A DNA stretch of 64,000 nucleotides from the NCBI GenBank assembly GCA_026026165.1, contig JAPEUD010000082.1:1-64000 (forward strand), written 5' to 3'. The DNA is from Sarea resinae (lineage: Eukaryota). The translations under genes were made by a program, and so were the position numbers. The notes beneath the pieces were generated by a model that worked only from the letters and a program-made list of their open reading frames with translations, searched no databases and was not told the origin of the DNA. Below are positions 40,251 through 52,572 of this stretch, in pieces (position 1 is the stretch's first letter; each line of letters starts with the position of its first letter).

Positions 40251-41682
40251 TCAATGGTGATGGTTAAACAAGAGCGTCACTAAAGGCAGAAGCATGCCAG
40301 TCACGGCGGCCAGGGTATCTCGCATCGTCGGACCCTGCTTCTCCTGCGGCTGGCTCTCCGCGTAGCCATTCGAGTGCTGCTCTTCGTGACCCGAAGAATC
40401 TTCTTGCATTTGATGCATTGCAACATATCTGGCGAGACGGAGTATGTTAGTTGGAAGATGCCAGCGGAGAGGATTTCCCCCTCGACAGAGACACAGGGAA
40501 AGGGCGTGTACTCACAAGAAAGTCCCAGCTGAGAACAAAAGGAGAACGCCGGTATATTTTGCACCCTCTGCACCATCAATACTATCCTTTCCTAGCAAAT
40601 GAATAAACGCCCATGTTGCCAAAGCTCCCGCAGGGGCAGCCAGGCTGAAAACAATTAGATGCGCTCTCGCTTCTCTCTTGGTGAATCCCTGCCTCAGCAG
40701 CACCGAAGTCAGGCCGAAAGCGGCTGGGGCCTTATGAATCATGATGGCTAGAAAGATGATGAGACTTAATCTTGTACTCGTGGTTGCGGAAGAGGCGCCC
40801 AGGGCTATACCATCTGCAGCGGAATGGATCACTAAACCAATGGTAGTAGAGAGACTTCGCGACGACGATTGAGGCGCAGAAGATGTCTCCTCGAAAGTGC
40901 TCTGTCCTTCTATGCTGCCGGACGAGGAGACGCGATGGAAGCCTCGCGAAAGATTCTGCAAGGAGATATGATATGGTCCTTGCTGCGCTAAGGCATGTGC
41001 GGAGGCATGATGAGGAAGTTGGTCGATGAGATACATGAGGATGAAGCCGAGAACCAGGGAGAGCCCTATCCATGCATGAGACGGATGTGAATGTGCCGCC
41101 TCTTCACCGTGGTCTTCGTTTGCGGCCGTTATGTCGCTGATGGTGATGGTATCGGATGTGTCCTTCGGGATTGATGGATGAGACTTCAGTGTAGGCATAC
41201 TGGGGATTCCCATTCTCGATGCCAATGTCACCCCTGCCGGTATGACGGGGCCAGGTAGTGCCTTGAAGGCGTCCGCGCCATCCTTAGGAGGGCCCTCCAC
41301 CACACTTCGGACTCCTGGAGCCCATCGCATGTGAATGGCCTTGCTATAGAGCTCCCTTCTTTTATGCGCATGGCCGGCCTCACTCGCACTGTAGAGCGTC
41401 TCGACTCCTTCGGGTATGATGACAATCAAGGATGTGCCCACGAGCACGCCCATGCCGACAGTCGATATCAATCGCATCTGCGAAGGTGAGAGCGAGAACG
41501 ACAGAGGGAGAGAGCCGGCCAAAAATGACCTGGAAACGGTCAGCTATTGTGCACCCGCAGACGTACGAAGCACTGCTGTCTTCATCAAGCAAGCGGTTCC
41601 TCAGTCAGATGCAGCGGATCGCTACTTACGCAATGGCCATGACCGTGCTCAGGGCGAGCAGCACCAAGAGACCCTGCAGCAT
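40251..41682 (-). CDS. ATX2: ZIP-family metal transporter, Atx2/ZIP9-like (probably Golgi); exons 41682-41630, 41529-40516, 40428-40251
   Basis: GMGVLVGTSLIVIIPEG; GLVIHSAADGIALG; IMIHKAPAAFGL; FSAGTFLYVAMH. Confidence 0.85.
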
Positions 41683-42171
41683 ACTGCCAACGATGGGGAC
41701 AAGAACACTAGAGGATGGTAAGAGTCGTCGTGGACATGGTGGATGAGTTGAATTGACAATGGTGGGGTTGACAGGGCTGCTGGCGGAGTGGGATGGCGGA
41801 AGGCGGATGGCGGAGTGGGATGGCGGATGGCTACTTTCATCATCACCTACTCTATTTATTGTCCGGATGCAGACAGACAGCTGTTGTCGGCCCCAGCATT
41901 ACACGCAGGTGGTACTCTGCACGAAGAAGTACGCCAAAGCTACTTTTCTGCCTGCTTTTCGCCCTAACAGAGCTCGGTACATCGACGGTACCGATGACGC
42001 CTCGCGACTGGTGAGAGCAGCCAGCAGCTCAGCGCAACCGTACGCGACGCGACTTCAAAGCTTCACCACCTGCACTCAATCATCGCTCCCCTCCAAGCCT
42101 CTTCAACACCTTTCCCTCTGCTACCTACAACCGTCTTCCTCTCCCACCAATCCACCAAAGCTCCTGGCAAA

Positions 42172-43994
42172 ATGGACATAGATGACCACCAAGAATGTAA
42201 TCTCCCCAGTCCCCCCGGGGCCCCTGCGCTCGAGCTTGTCATAATTCTAACCGTATCAACCACAGGGTCAATCGATGCGAACAGGGCCATCACCATCTCC
42301 CTGAATCAGCCCGGCGCCAACGATGAACCGCAAGAAATCGCAAATTTCCATCCCGAATTCACGTACTCGATCTTCGGCGACGAAGAGAGGATCTTTGGCT
42401 ACACTGGGCTGAAGATCAACCTCCGCTTCGCCGCGCACGATCTACGGCCGAATCTTGAAGTCAAATGGGATAGGAAATTCAAGGCCGTGGGCGATACGAA
42501 ACCCTTGGATATCCAGGAAACTCTTAGAGATTATCTGCCTGCAGGTAAGACTTTTCATCTCACCCGCAGCCTAGTCTGCAGGTACTGAGCCCGTGCGTGC
42601 TTGCAGTCGCATTCGAAGACCCGAAGCAATTCAAAGCCAACCTCCAAAATCAATCCGCCGCGGATTTCACACCACCCGGCGAACTCATCCATTCATACAG
42701 CCTGGGCGGAAAGAACTTTGAGATATGGCAAGGCAACTTGACCGACCCGGCAGTCAAGGAAATCCTCGAGCGCATGGAAATCTTCATCCCCTTCTTCATC
42801 GAGGGGGGTACATACATCGATAAGGACGATCCAGATTGGACGATGCAGAGGTGGAAGATATTTTTCGTGTACGTTCCTCTCCCTTGTCCCGTCCCAAGAA
42901 GTAAGTCTACATATCGCGAAGGCTTGAAACTCACACTCGGCCCTCTCTTATCGCAGTTACGAGAAACTCGCCCTCCCGCCCACGCCGGCCGCATCGACAT
43001 ACAGCATAGTCGGCTACTGCTCTGCCTACAGATGCTACACTTACACACCTACTTCCAGACCAACAACCCCACCAACAAAGCCTCTTCCCCAGAACCGCTC
43101 CCCTTTCCAACCCTCCCCAAAGCACACCTTCACGCTGCCAGCGACGCCGCCCCTCGACCTGTCCGTCCTCCCCTCGCGCGAACGCATCTCGCAATTTCTG
43201 ATCCTGCAACCCTACCAGCACTCAGGCCACGGCTCGCACCTCTACACGACGCTGTACAAACGCTTCCACGCCGACAGCAGCGTGCACGAAATCACGGTCG
43301 AGGACCCCAACGAGTCCTTTGACGCCCTCCGCGACGTCTCCGACCTGTTCTATCTCCGCAGCCAAGGCATCTTCAACACGCTATCCTTGACCCCTTCTTC
43401 CCTCCCTCCTTCCAAAGTCGATGCCTCTCCCTCAACACCAGCAGCCACCGCCGCCAAGAAATCGAAACCGAAACCCCCCTCCAAAGCGCAGATAAAATCA
43501 CACCTCCACACGCTCCAGACCACGCTCGAGGCGCTCCGGCCCGCCACCAAGATCCCGCACCGCCAATTCCACCGCCTGGCCGAAATGCATCTCCTGTCGA
43601 CGATCCCAGCAGCCACGCGGTCCGCAGCCCCGGGGTCAGCATCGGCCTCGCTCCTCGCGCTGCGGAAATCCCGCGCCGACAACAATACCAACCAGCACGG
43701 CGATGAAAGCAGTGACCCGCAAGGCATCCACGCCTGGCACCTGTGGCGCCTGCTCGTCAAAGCGCGCATCTACCGGCGCCACCGCGAGGCGCTCGCTACC
43801 ATGGACCGCGTGGAGCGCGTCGAGAAGCTCGAGGAGACGGTCGGTGGCGTCGTCGGCGAGTACGAGGGCGTGCTGAGGGCGGTGGAGAAGTTTCGTGATC
43901 GGCCTGTTGGTGGTAGTGGTGGTGGGGGTGCGCAGAGGAAGAGAGTCAGGAGGGTCATCGAGGAAGATGATGATGACGATGATGATGATAATAA

Positions 43995-44046
<52 letters not shown>

Positions 44047-44127
44047 AAAGCAGAAAAACATGCGGATCACGACGACGGGGTCTCGGCGCCCGCGAAGAAA
44101 AAGCTCAAGACCTCTTCTTCTTCGTGA
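42172..44127 (+). CDS. HAT1: Histone acetyltransferase type B catalytic subunit; introns 42197-42265, 42545-42606, 42869-42956
   Basis: FHPEFTYSIFGDEERIFGY; FFIEGG; RISQFLILQPYQHSGHGS; EITVEDPNESFDALRD. Confidence 0.95.
43966..44046 (+). repeat. (GAT/GAC)n coding trinucleotide repeat giving a poly-Asp tail on HAT1
   Basis: About 25 Asp codons interrupted by two Asn codons. Confidence 0.95.
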
Positions 44128-44801
44128 CGACATGCCACGATCGAGATATCGAGATGTCAAGGTCATTCTAGCTATCCTATCCTAATCAATCACCATCCAT
44201 CGCCGTCGATCAACATCATCGTCGTTTCGTTCTCGTCGTCGTCTTCATCATCTTCTTCATCATCTTCTTCTTCTGCTTCTTCTGCAACAGAGGAAAACAC
44301 CCCATGGTGATTTGGTTCAACCCCCTCGGCGTTATCATCGGCTAATGTGGTCAGTAAGGAGGGAAAGGGGTGGGGGGGGGCTGGGCGGGGGAGCCCAAAG
44401 GGGCAGCGGGTCAGCCCGGTAGTTAATGCATTTGTCATGAGCACGAATGCCATTCGTTAAGATGATGGTGATGGTGATGGTGATGGTGATGAGATAAGCC
44501 AACTACTGCTACTACCACTGCTGCTACTGGCGACTGCCGCTGACTATTAAACCGAGAGTGAACAAAGAGAATGGAAAACATGGATGGAAAAAATGACACG
44601 GATTGAAAGTTTACAGACAGAAAGAACTAGGTAGGCTCGCTCCTCTAGTAGTGGTAGTGAACATTCAAGGACTCCCTCCCCCAACATCCTTTGGTCCCCA
44701 TCCACGGCCACTGACACGTCTCCCGAATCTGTCTTCCCCCTCCCCTTCCATTTCTCACCGACATCCTCCGCGCCACATCCATCTCCGTTTTCCATCTTTC
44801 T

Positions 44802-46313
44802 TTACTTGGGGGCATCATAGTAAAAGTTCTCCTCGGGGACCCGGCCCCTCAGGAACGCGGGCTCGGACCCGCGCACATAGACGTCCTCGTACAAGATCTG
44901 CGGCGTGGCCTCGGGGAACTCCATGGCCTCGGCCTCGGCGACCTCGCCGTCGACGTACGCGCGCGCGTCCTTGTCGAGCTGCTTGAGCTCGTCCTCGGTC
45001 GTCACGCCCCAGTCGACGAGTTTCTGCTTCAGCCCGGCGATGGGGTCGTTGGTGCTGCGCATACGCTGGATCTCCTCGCGGGTCTGTTCGTGGTTGGAGT
45101 TAAGCATTAGTTATGGCGAGCGTGGTATGGGGTCAGGGTGGATTTGAAAGGGTGAGAGTGTGCTTACTCGGTAGGTGGTACCCGGGTCGGACATGGAGTG
45201 GCCGCCGTAGCGGTAGGTGACGTATTCGATGACTAGGGGGCCCTTGCCGGATTTGGTCCATTCTTTGCCGTATTGGACGGCGGCTTTGACAGCCAGAACG
45301 TCCATGCCGTTGACTTTGAGACCAGGAATATACTGGCCACGCTTGTAATACTCGGTCAGAGCGGCGGCGCGGTTCGCGGCCGTACCCATACCGTACTTGT
45401 TGTCTATATACCGGGTTCACACATAAGCAATGCATACCATGCGCATGGGAAAAAATGAGCACTCACTCTCGCAACCGAACAAGACGGGCAGATCCCAGAG
45501 CTTAGCCATGTTAAAAGCTTCGAAGACTTGGCCTTGGTTGGACGCGCCGTCTCCGTAGAGGACGACGGTGGCGGTGTCTTTGTTGTCGTACTTGTGAGCA
45601 AAGGCAAGACCGGCGCCAACGGGGACCTGAGCACCGACGATTCCGTTGCCGCCGTAGAAGCCCTTCGAGAACATGTGCATCGATCCGCCCTTGCCGTAAG
45701 AGATGCCGTGTCGGCGTCCTAGCAGCTCGCCGATGATGGACTTGACCGTTCCTCCGCGCATAAGAGCAAAGCCGTGGCAACGGTAGGCGGTGATGAGGTC
45801 GTCTTGTTTGGTGATGGCGTGTTCGATGCCCACAGCGACAGCTTCCTGGCCGGTGGACAGATGGCAGAAACCGCGAATCTTCTTCTCCTTGTACAGTCGG
45901 TCGGCTGCCATCTCCATTCGTCTAGAGCTCAACGTTAGATCATCGCCCGCGTCATCATTGAGATCGTCTTGCTCAGCTCGCGTACCGGATGGACACCATG
46001 TCGTAGTACATCTGCTTCAGCTCCTTCTTCGTGGTTTCGAGGGTGTAAGATGGCGGGTCGAGCTCGTAAGTCTCAAAGCTCTCATCCGACAGCTTGACGG
46101 GGAATTTCCCTTCATCGTGCTGTGGTACAACCAAGCGGTCAATGCGAATCCTGCGACCCAGATTCAAGCAGATTGTGCACTTACTTCGGGGACATGCTCC
46201 CGTTCGGCGTGGGAAGAAGCGGCGTCGGTGGTGACGGTTCTTCGTACGACGGGCACGAAGACATTCCTCCTCAGAGGCAGCGCCCGACTCGTCCTGATGG
46301 CGCGGGAGAACAT
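44802..46313 (-). CDS. PDA1: Pyruvate dehydrogenase E1 alpha, mitochondrial; exons 46313-46185, 46119-45986, 45921-45467, 45403-45168, 45083-44802
   Basis: Presequence; IRGFCHL; GKGGSMH; TPP motif GDGASNQGQ...[21 protein letters not shown] phosphorylation loop. Confidence 0.97.
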
Positions 46314-49300
46314 GGTTTGAAGCTGGATTGAAGGCGGATTGAGGGGTGTCGGGATGATCGTGGAGTGGAAGAGCTGAAGAGCAGGAGAGACGGCTTCAGT
46401 AGTCGTCGTCGGTGGCAGAACTACTCCGAGTACTTCACCTCAGCCTGAACTGGACGTTGGGGACAGACTGGGGCCAAGAGCTGGACCCTCGTCGCTCTAA
46501 CCGCAGGCGGAGCGCCAAGCGAGAATTTGCTTCCGGAGAGCACGCGTAGCGACTCCGAGCCTCCGCGCTCTCCGCTGCCACGCCTCCGCACTCCGGAGTC
46601 TGCCAACAGGTGGAGTGACCGCCGTCAGTCATGCTCAGGAGCTGAGAGATCACGCTCACGCTCCACAGACGTCGGATTGCGGGACTCTGGAGTGAGGGGA
46701 AGCCTGGAACGGCTTCCACACGTGATATGCACCGGTCCAGGCATTCCCGCGACTCGAAGGGGGAACGGGGACGGGAAAAGACAGCTTGTGAGAGACAGAT
46801 GCTACATGTATACCTGAGAGGCACGTTATCGTGATCGAGGGCAAGCTCTTTCAATCGGAGATGGTGGAAGAGTGGTCATTAATAGAGAGTCGGAAGCATC
46901 AACGCTTGCACCTCAGGAGTGGAGGATCCCCAAGGTATCAGAGAGGAGAGCGTTCACAACAAATTCTGGCATGTTGGAGATCGTCATTGTTGGAGACTCT
47001 GCCTCTTATCAACAACAGTCGCATCTCACTAGTCAAACGTTACATCCTCTCCATATATCAGATGGATGATCCAACATCTTTCGCATTTGGGTAGAGAGCA
47101 CATATCAGATCGGATCCACCTCACTTCCACCATAGTATGGTATGCCATCTCTAAGATCCCCTCTATTGCCATCGAATCTCTCAAAAGTAGAATCTGCTCG
47201 CACAAGGGATGCAATGATACACGGCTCCAAGCACAGGCTGAGGAATGGTTTGGGTTGTTCAATTGATCTCGATGATGATCATGGGCACTCCCAAGCAGCC
47301 TTAATCTACGCCAGGATCTCTCAGCTCCAGACACATGGCCTATCTGACTGTAGAGTCAGCTTGTCTCCCGGTGACTGAGCACCAACAATCGGGAACGGCG
47401 ATCTGCCTTCGTGCGTCACTGCCGGCTCCTCATTCGTTGCTCAGCTGTTGTTCTTGGTAACCTTCTCGAAGGGCTCCTACTGCGCAGTACAAGATCAACA
47501 TCATCCTTAGACCCCGCCGCCGAAAGTGCGCACCAATCATTGGCTTCACGGAAGCCGGCCACAGTGTTGGATCAGAGTCCCTTGGAGTGACCACGTGTAC
47601 CATCGACGCTTGGTTGACCAGATAGAGTAGACTTCTCCAAGGACCCCCCACACGAGTGCTGGCTGCAACGGTCGCCGTAAGAAATCATAATATATTGCAT
47701 CTCAGGGAACTATGACTGATTCCATGCATCTGAGCAGTTGGATCAGCGTCCATTGAGTGATCAGAGTAAAGATCGGAGTCCTGCCGCGCTACCTCATGAT
47801 ACTAAATCGTAATTAATTCTGGTGCCAATGCACTCCCACCTCGAATCTGCCCGGCTAGTGATGGAGTCCTCCACATCGAGAAATCATCGGCAGAGCAACG
47901 TAAGAGCGAGATTCTTGAGATCGTCCCGACGCTGCATGTAACCTACAACACGAAGTACGAATCGAGCTATTTAGTCCCGACTCTATTGCGCGAGAGATCG
48001 CATCTGGATTGATGCGATACCAACAGAGGTCGCAATAAGGCGACTCATCCCGCGGGTGTGCATGGAATTGGCGCAGAGAACTCAGCAGCGTTCGAAGAAT
48101 ACGTTCCAAGGCGGAAGATTGTCAATCACTTGCATCTGCCGAAGGATCCGCGCCATGAGGAGGATCTCATGAGAGCAATCTACTAAGTAAGGTTACGAAC
48201 AGGGAGCTCTTTAATTTTTGGTGTTGGTCTACCTAGGCACCCAGGCATGCGCCAAGTCAATATAAATGAAGCCACTGAACGTGGCAGGACACGCGAAAAA
48301 GGCAACCCCGTTAATGATGGCGTGCATTTAAAAAATCGGCATTCCAAGGCGCCATCTGAAGGCGCAGATCTAAATTGTGGAGGATGATCCATGTTGGCTC
48401 GCGTTCGAATAGTGCGATCGCTGCAATGGCCCGTTTGCATAAACAGAATGTTCCTCGCGGGCGCTTCAAATTGATTGCTCGCGATCACGTCAAAAGATAT
48501 GTTGCCAACGCTAAACGGCCTCAATAAGGCACCGCGCATACAGAGTACCTTAGGCACAAGGCGGCCACGAGCCACGGGTGGAAGTATTTTGCATGCCCGC
48601 GATGATGCTGCTCAACGAATTGTCGAGCTCCGCTTGTAAACATGCATGCTAATCTGGACCGCAAGCCAACGAGCCATACGGATGATGATCGTGGGTCCAG
48701 AAGATGCATTGCAGAGGCGCAGCTGCCATTGACCGCGGCGCACCCCGATGTGCGCGATGAGAGAGAAAATGCCCAGCGCGCCTTGGGATTATCAAACTCC
48801 TTCCTTTTTTGCAATAGGTCCCAGACAGTTTCTGAAGCCTGAGATCCTTGCAAGCGGTGGACATTAGAGTTGCAGCAGTTTCCTATTGTTTCGCTGATCG
48901 TCGCCCCCGGTACAGAAATTGATGCATGCGACGTCTTCTAGAAGCCTTCTCATGTTGCGATCAATGTAGAGTGTCGTCCTTTATGGCCGTATGAAACTCG
49001 AGGCTCAGTCTCAAACGAGCGTTATCTAGCCCGTGAAAATTGCCTGCTACAAACGATAGAGTCTCCAAATCGAGTCCCATCATCTGTTGTGGTCTGCTTT
49101 CCCGCCTTACCTAGTCGTCAACTTAGGTAGGTAGTCAACGTTTGTAGTGTAGTGCGCGCCTACCGAGTAGTACGAAATCCATCGCATTTGTCCACACTGC
49201 GCAATTTTCCGCCAATCTGCGCATAGGTAGACATTTGAGCCAATTTCTGGAGCATAAGGCGTTAACATCTGATGCCTTAGGAGTGGACTTGACGCGTTAC

Positions 49301-51974
49301 GAAGCGCTTCATGATTTCTACTGGGCGGGCGTCTCGTATCCCCACTCGGCCACAAATAGTCGAAGCCCACCCCACGAAAGAAATATATGCACAGGTACGC
49401 CACGACCGATGCAGCGTTTGTGTTAGTGATCTATTTCCGCCTCTAAGGAACAGACGAGTTGAGGGTATATTTGAGGTCGGATCAGAATCATGCCGTAGAA
49501 GAAGCAAAGCCCAGGAACGCAGTGCAGATGCATCTGGCCGGCCACCTGCAGCGAATACCTTGGTGCTGGAACGAAGCCATTCAAGCCCGTCTCCCATCTG
49601 GTCCGTCCCGCCTCGCCTCCTACCACTTCAGACGCCCAACGAAACCTCTGACAAGATGCCTGTCACGTTCGGAGTCAAGCCATCCTGAAACAGGGCATCT
49701 GTCTGAGCTTCAGATTTCCTTACGCCGTTACAACGACGATGGTCATGGCTGAGGTGACATTGAGATCTTCATTCGTAGCAATCGAGGTTGTATTGGTGCA
49801 GGAAGCACACATCAATGCTTCGGTGGATCGACGCGGCTCGGCAGCACAAGATCCTTCCCGTTGGAAATGGAATGGAGGAGACGACTGCTACTAGTAAACA
49901 GAGCAGGGAGGCACGCCATTGGCTTCCTGAAACAGTATCCTAGTGAACTCGTGGGCACCGTCTCAATGGGCCAAGGACATCATGATGCAACAGAAGGCAG
50001 AACAACAAGCAACAATGGCAGGAAGAAGTATGTATCCGCATATGAACCGAACATGTTGATTTGACAAATCGCACAATTGAATCACGATTATGTGGCTGGG
50101 ATCGATGGGATGATAGCGATCGCTCTGGATACCGACAGCCAACCAGCCTTCCGACCGCTTCCTTACAACGCTTCTGCAATATCATTGTCATTTTATAGCC
50201 ATGTACTCGTAAGTCCATACATCGTAGAGACGTAGGGACCGAGGACCGCAATATCAGAGCAGGAAGAGTCGCCTATATTAGCGGTGCCAAGCACGGAACA
50301 GGAGTGCGATTATTGACGAGCTGCAGACGAGCTGCAGAAGGAATGCATCCTTAGGTCAATTGGGCCCTCTCCCTCCCTAGTCAGTAGGTAGGTAAGGCAA
50401 TGGCTCATTTCCATTCGACATTGGGCCGGTCGATGGATGAATGATGATGATGATGATTATACTCCGTAGGGCAAGGCACTAGGCAGGTTAGCAGGTAGAT
50501 AGCTCTTTCGTTGCCGTTCGGGAAGTGGAGATGCGAAACGCGCGCTCTGAAGGATCAGGAGTAGAGCGAGTACGTGCGAAGAGGTTAGGTAGTATCTCGT
50601 ACCTTTCTCCTATCGGAGTACTCTGTACCTTGCAGAGTAAACGTGCCAGAAAGACTGTTCGCTTCCCGTCTGCCTCGTCCGTTACCGACCTGTCCATACT
50701 CCGTCCGAGCTGGGAGGTATCAATGATTGATGATCTGAGGACAGCCCATGAGCCAGTGCGGTGGCTTGCAATAAATTAAGCCTGCCCACTGGCTAAGGTG
50801 AGATGCTGGCCGGTCAATCTGGCTAACTCAATGGCTCATGAACCGTGGCTGACCGGAACGACAGAACAACTGACTTGAACGTCCCGCTATTATTTGACAG
50901 ACGGTCCTCGGTTGCGTGCCGTAATACATGGCTCTGGCGTCAATAGTATCGATCAATTACTGCTTAGGGTTAAGGGAAAGGGGCACGGGGGCTTCCTCAG
51001 CTTCTCACCCACTTCTATTCTGACATGTAGTGCTACCGTGGGAACTACGTCGAGTACTAGAGTAATAGAGTCTCACATCCATGAAGTCGTTGCTGCCAAG
51101 CTGGAGGTCTGAATCTCTCGGACCCTTCGAGTCAGTACATAGTACTCTGAGTAGAGCACGCACTCCGGAAGTGCCTAAGCAATGTTGCTTTTCTTTTGGG
51201 ACCTTGGCCAAGCATGTTCGTACACCGACTCCGTGTCGATGAGATTCGTGATCCTCGATGTACTCCGTAGACGACACTTGACGAGGTCCCTGTCCTATCA
51301 CGACCGACGAAGAGGGCTCTCATCCAACAGGCGTCGATGCCATGGCAAGGGATGAATCACGGATACGCTCCATTAGGGCACGAGTACGTCTCAGCGTCTT
51401 TCTCGGCCTCTTGCATGAACGTCTTGTCTCTTTTCGTTCTCCTGATACTGCACGGAATACTGGTAGAGTGCTACGGGCCTCTCGACATCTCCGCTGCGCT
51501 CTGGCTCTGGCTTTAGCGTTCTATCATTCTACCGAAACATCCTGACCAGAACCTGACAAGGACCGCACACGGAGACGTCTGCCTGACCCCTACCCGCCTC
51601 GTCTTATGTCTTGCCATGGAAAGCTACCAAGTGTGCGTACGGTAGGGAGTACCTTAGTCGCCGATATCTACCTATCTACCTATCTACCTGCTCTTTCCTT
51701 TCACTCTTCTCACTGCCTTCACTTGGTTCACTGCCTATCGCGCTCCCTGTCTTGCCTTACCTTGGTCAGGGCACCTCCAGGGCGACTTCGAACATCCATC
51801 CATGGATGGATAGCGCAGGACTCCGGAGTACTTCGTGCATGGTAGACAGTACGTTAGTGTCTTCTTCATGCTCATCCACATCATCGAACATGCACTGCAG
51901 TCTCCCACTAATGTGACTGACCCATGTGCTGCGACTAATGCGACTGCAATCCATCTTTCTGGACAGGGTTCCTC

Positions 51975-52033
51975 ATGCTCCTCCTTCTGCTCCTGCTCCT
52001 GCTCCTCCTTCTCCTTCTCCTTCTCCTTCTCTT
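51975..52033. repeat. Polypyrimidine (CTCCTG/CTCCTT)n hexamer tract
   Basis: Read directly. Confidence 0.85.
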
Positions 52034-52500
52034 CCGGTGCCGAATACCTCTCAGGCCTCCCCCCGTCCAGTGCTCGGTCGAGCTACTCCGGAGTACATAC
52101 TACCTTACGGAGTACTGCGCACGTCGGCTGTTGACCCTGTGGCCGCCAGGTACCCTGGCGGGCCACACCACCGGACGGCCCCGTCCACCATCTAGATTCG
52201 TCCTAGGCACCGGTTCCGCTCCCGCATTGGTTGTATGGTCCGTCGACCGTGGTACTTGGCTTGAGGTCTCCGATACCCATTGCATGTCTAACTCCTACTT
52301 CAGTCGACTTAGATCAAGGCTGGTCGCCCGCAGGTAGGGTTAGCTTCCCTTAGGTTGACACCCAGGACGGATCCATGTAGTGTCCATGTACGAGGAGGTA
52401 GTGAGGTCAGGTACCTTCGTAAGGGTCAGGGAGGTGGGAGAGGAGGTACCTCAGCAGATAGGTAGGTCGGTAAGGTTTCCAGCTCGCTTTGGGGAGTGCA

Positions 52501-52572
52501 CATTGGCACATTGGCACATTGGCACATTGGCACACTGGCTCACTGGCTCACTGGCTCACTGGTACACCGGCA
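52501..52572. repeat. 8-bp tandem array: (CATTGGCA)x4, (CACTGGCT)x3, CACTGGTA, CACCGGCA
   Basis: Read directly. Confidence 0.9.

Noticed and set aside
817..41682. Two ZIP transporters plus a CLC as a possible metal-homeostasis cluster
   Set aside because: They lie about 10-38 kb apart, are separated by unrelated housekeeping genes, and the ZIPs belong to different ancient subfamilies.
44190..44453. 87-aa acidic ORF on the minus strand between HAT1 and PDA1
   Set aside because: Its composition comes from trinucleotide microsatellites in 3'-UTR sequence, with no other coding evidence.
48183..48864. Short ORFs (66-130 aa) in the middle of the 7-kb gap
   Set aside because: No recognisable motifs, codon bias or consistent exon structure; no pheromone-like CAAX or Kex2-repeat peptide was seen.
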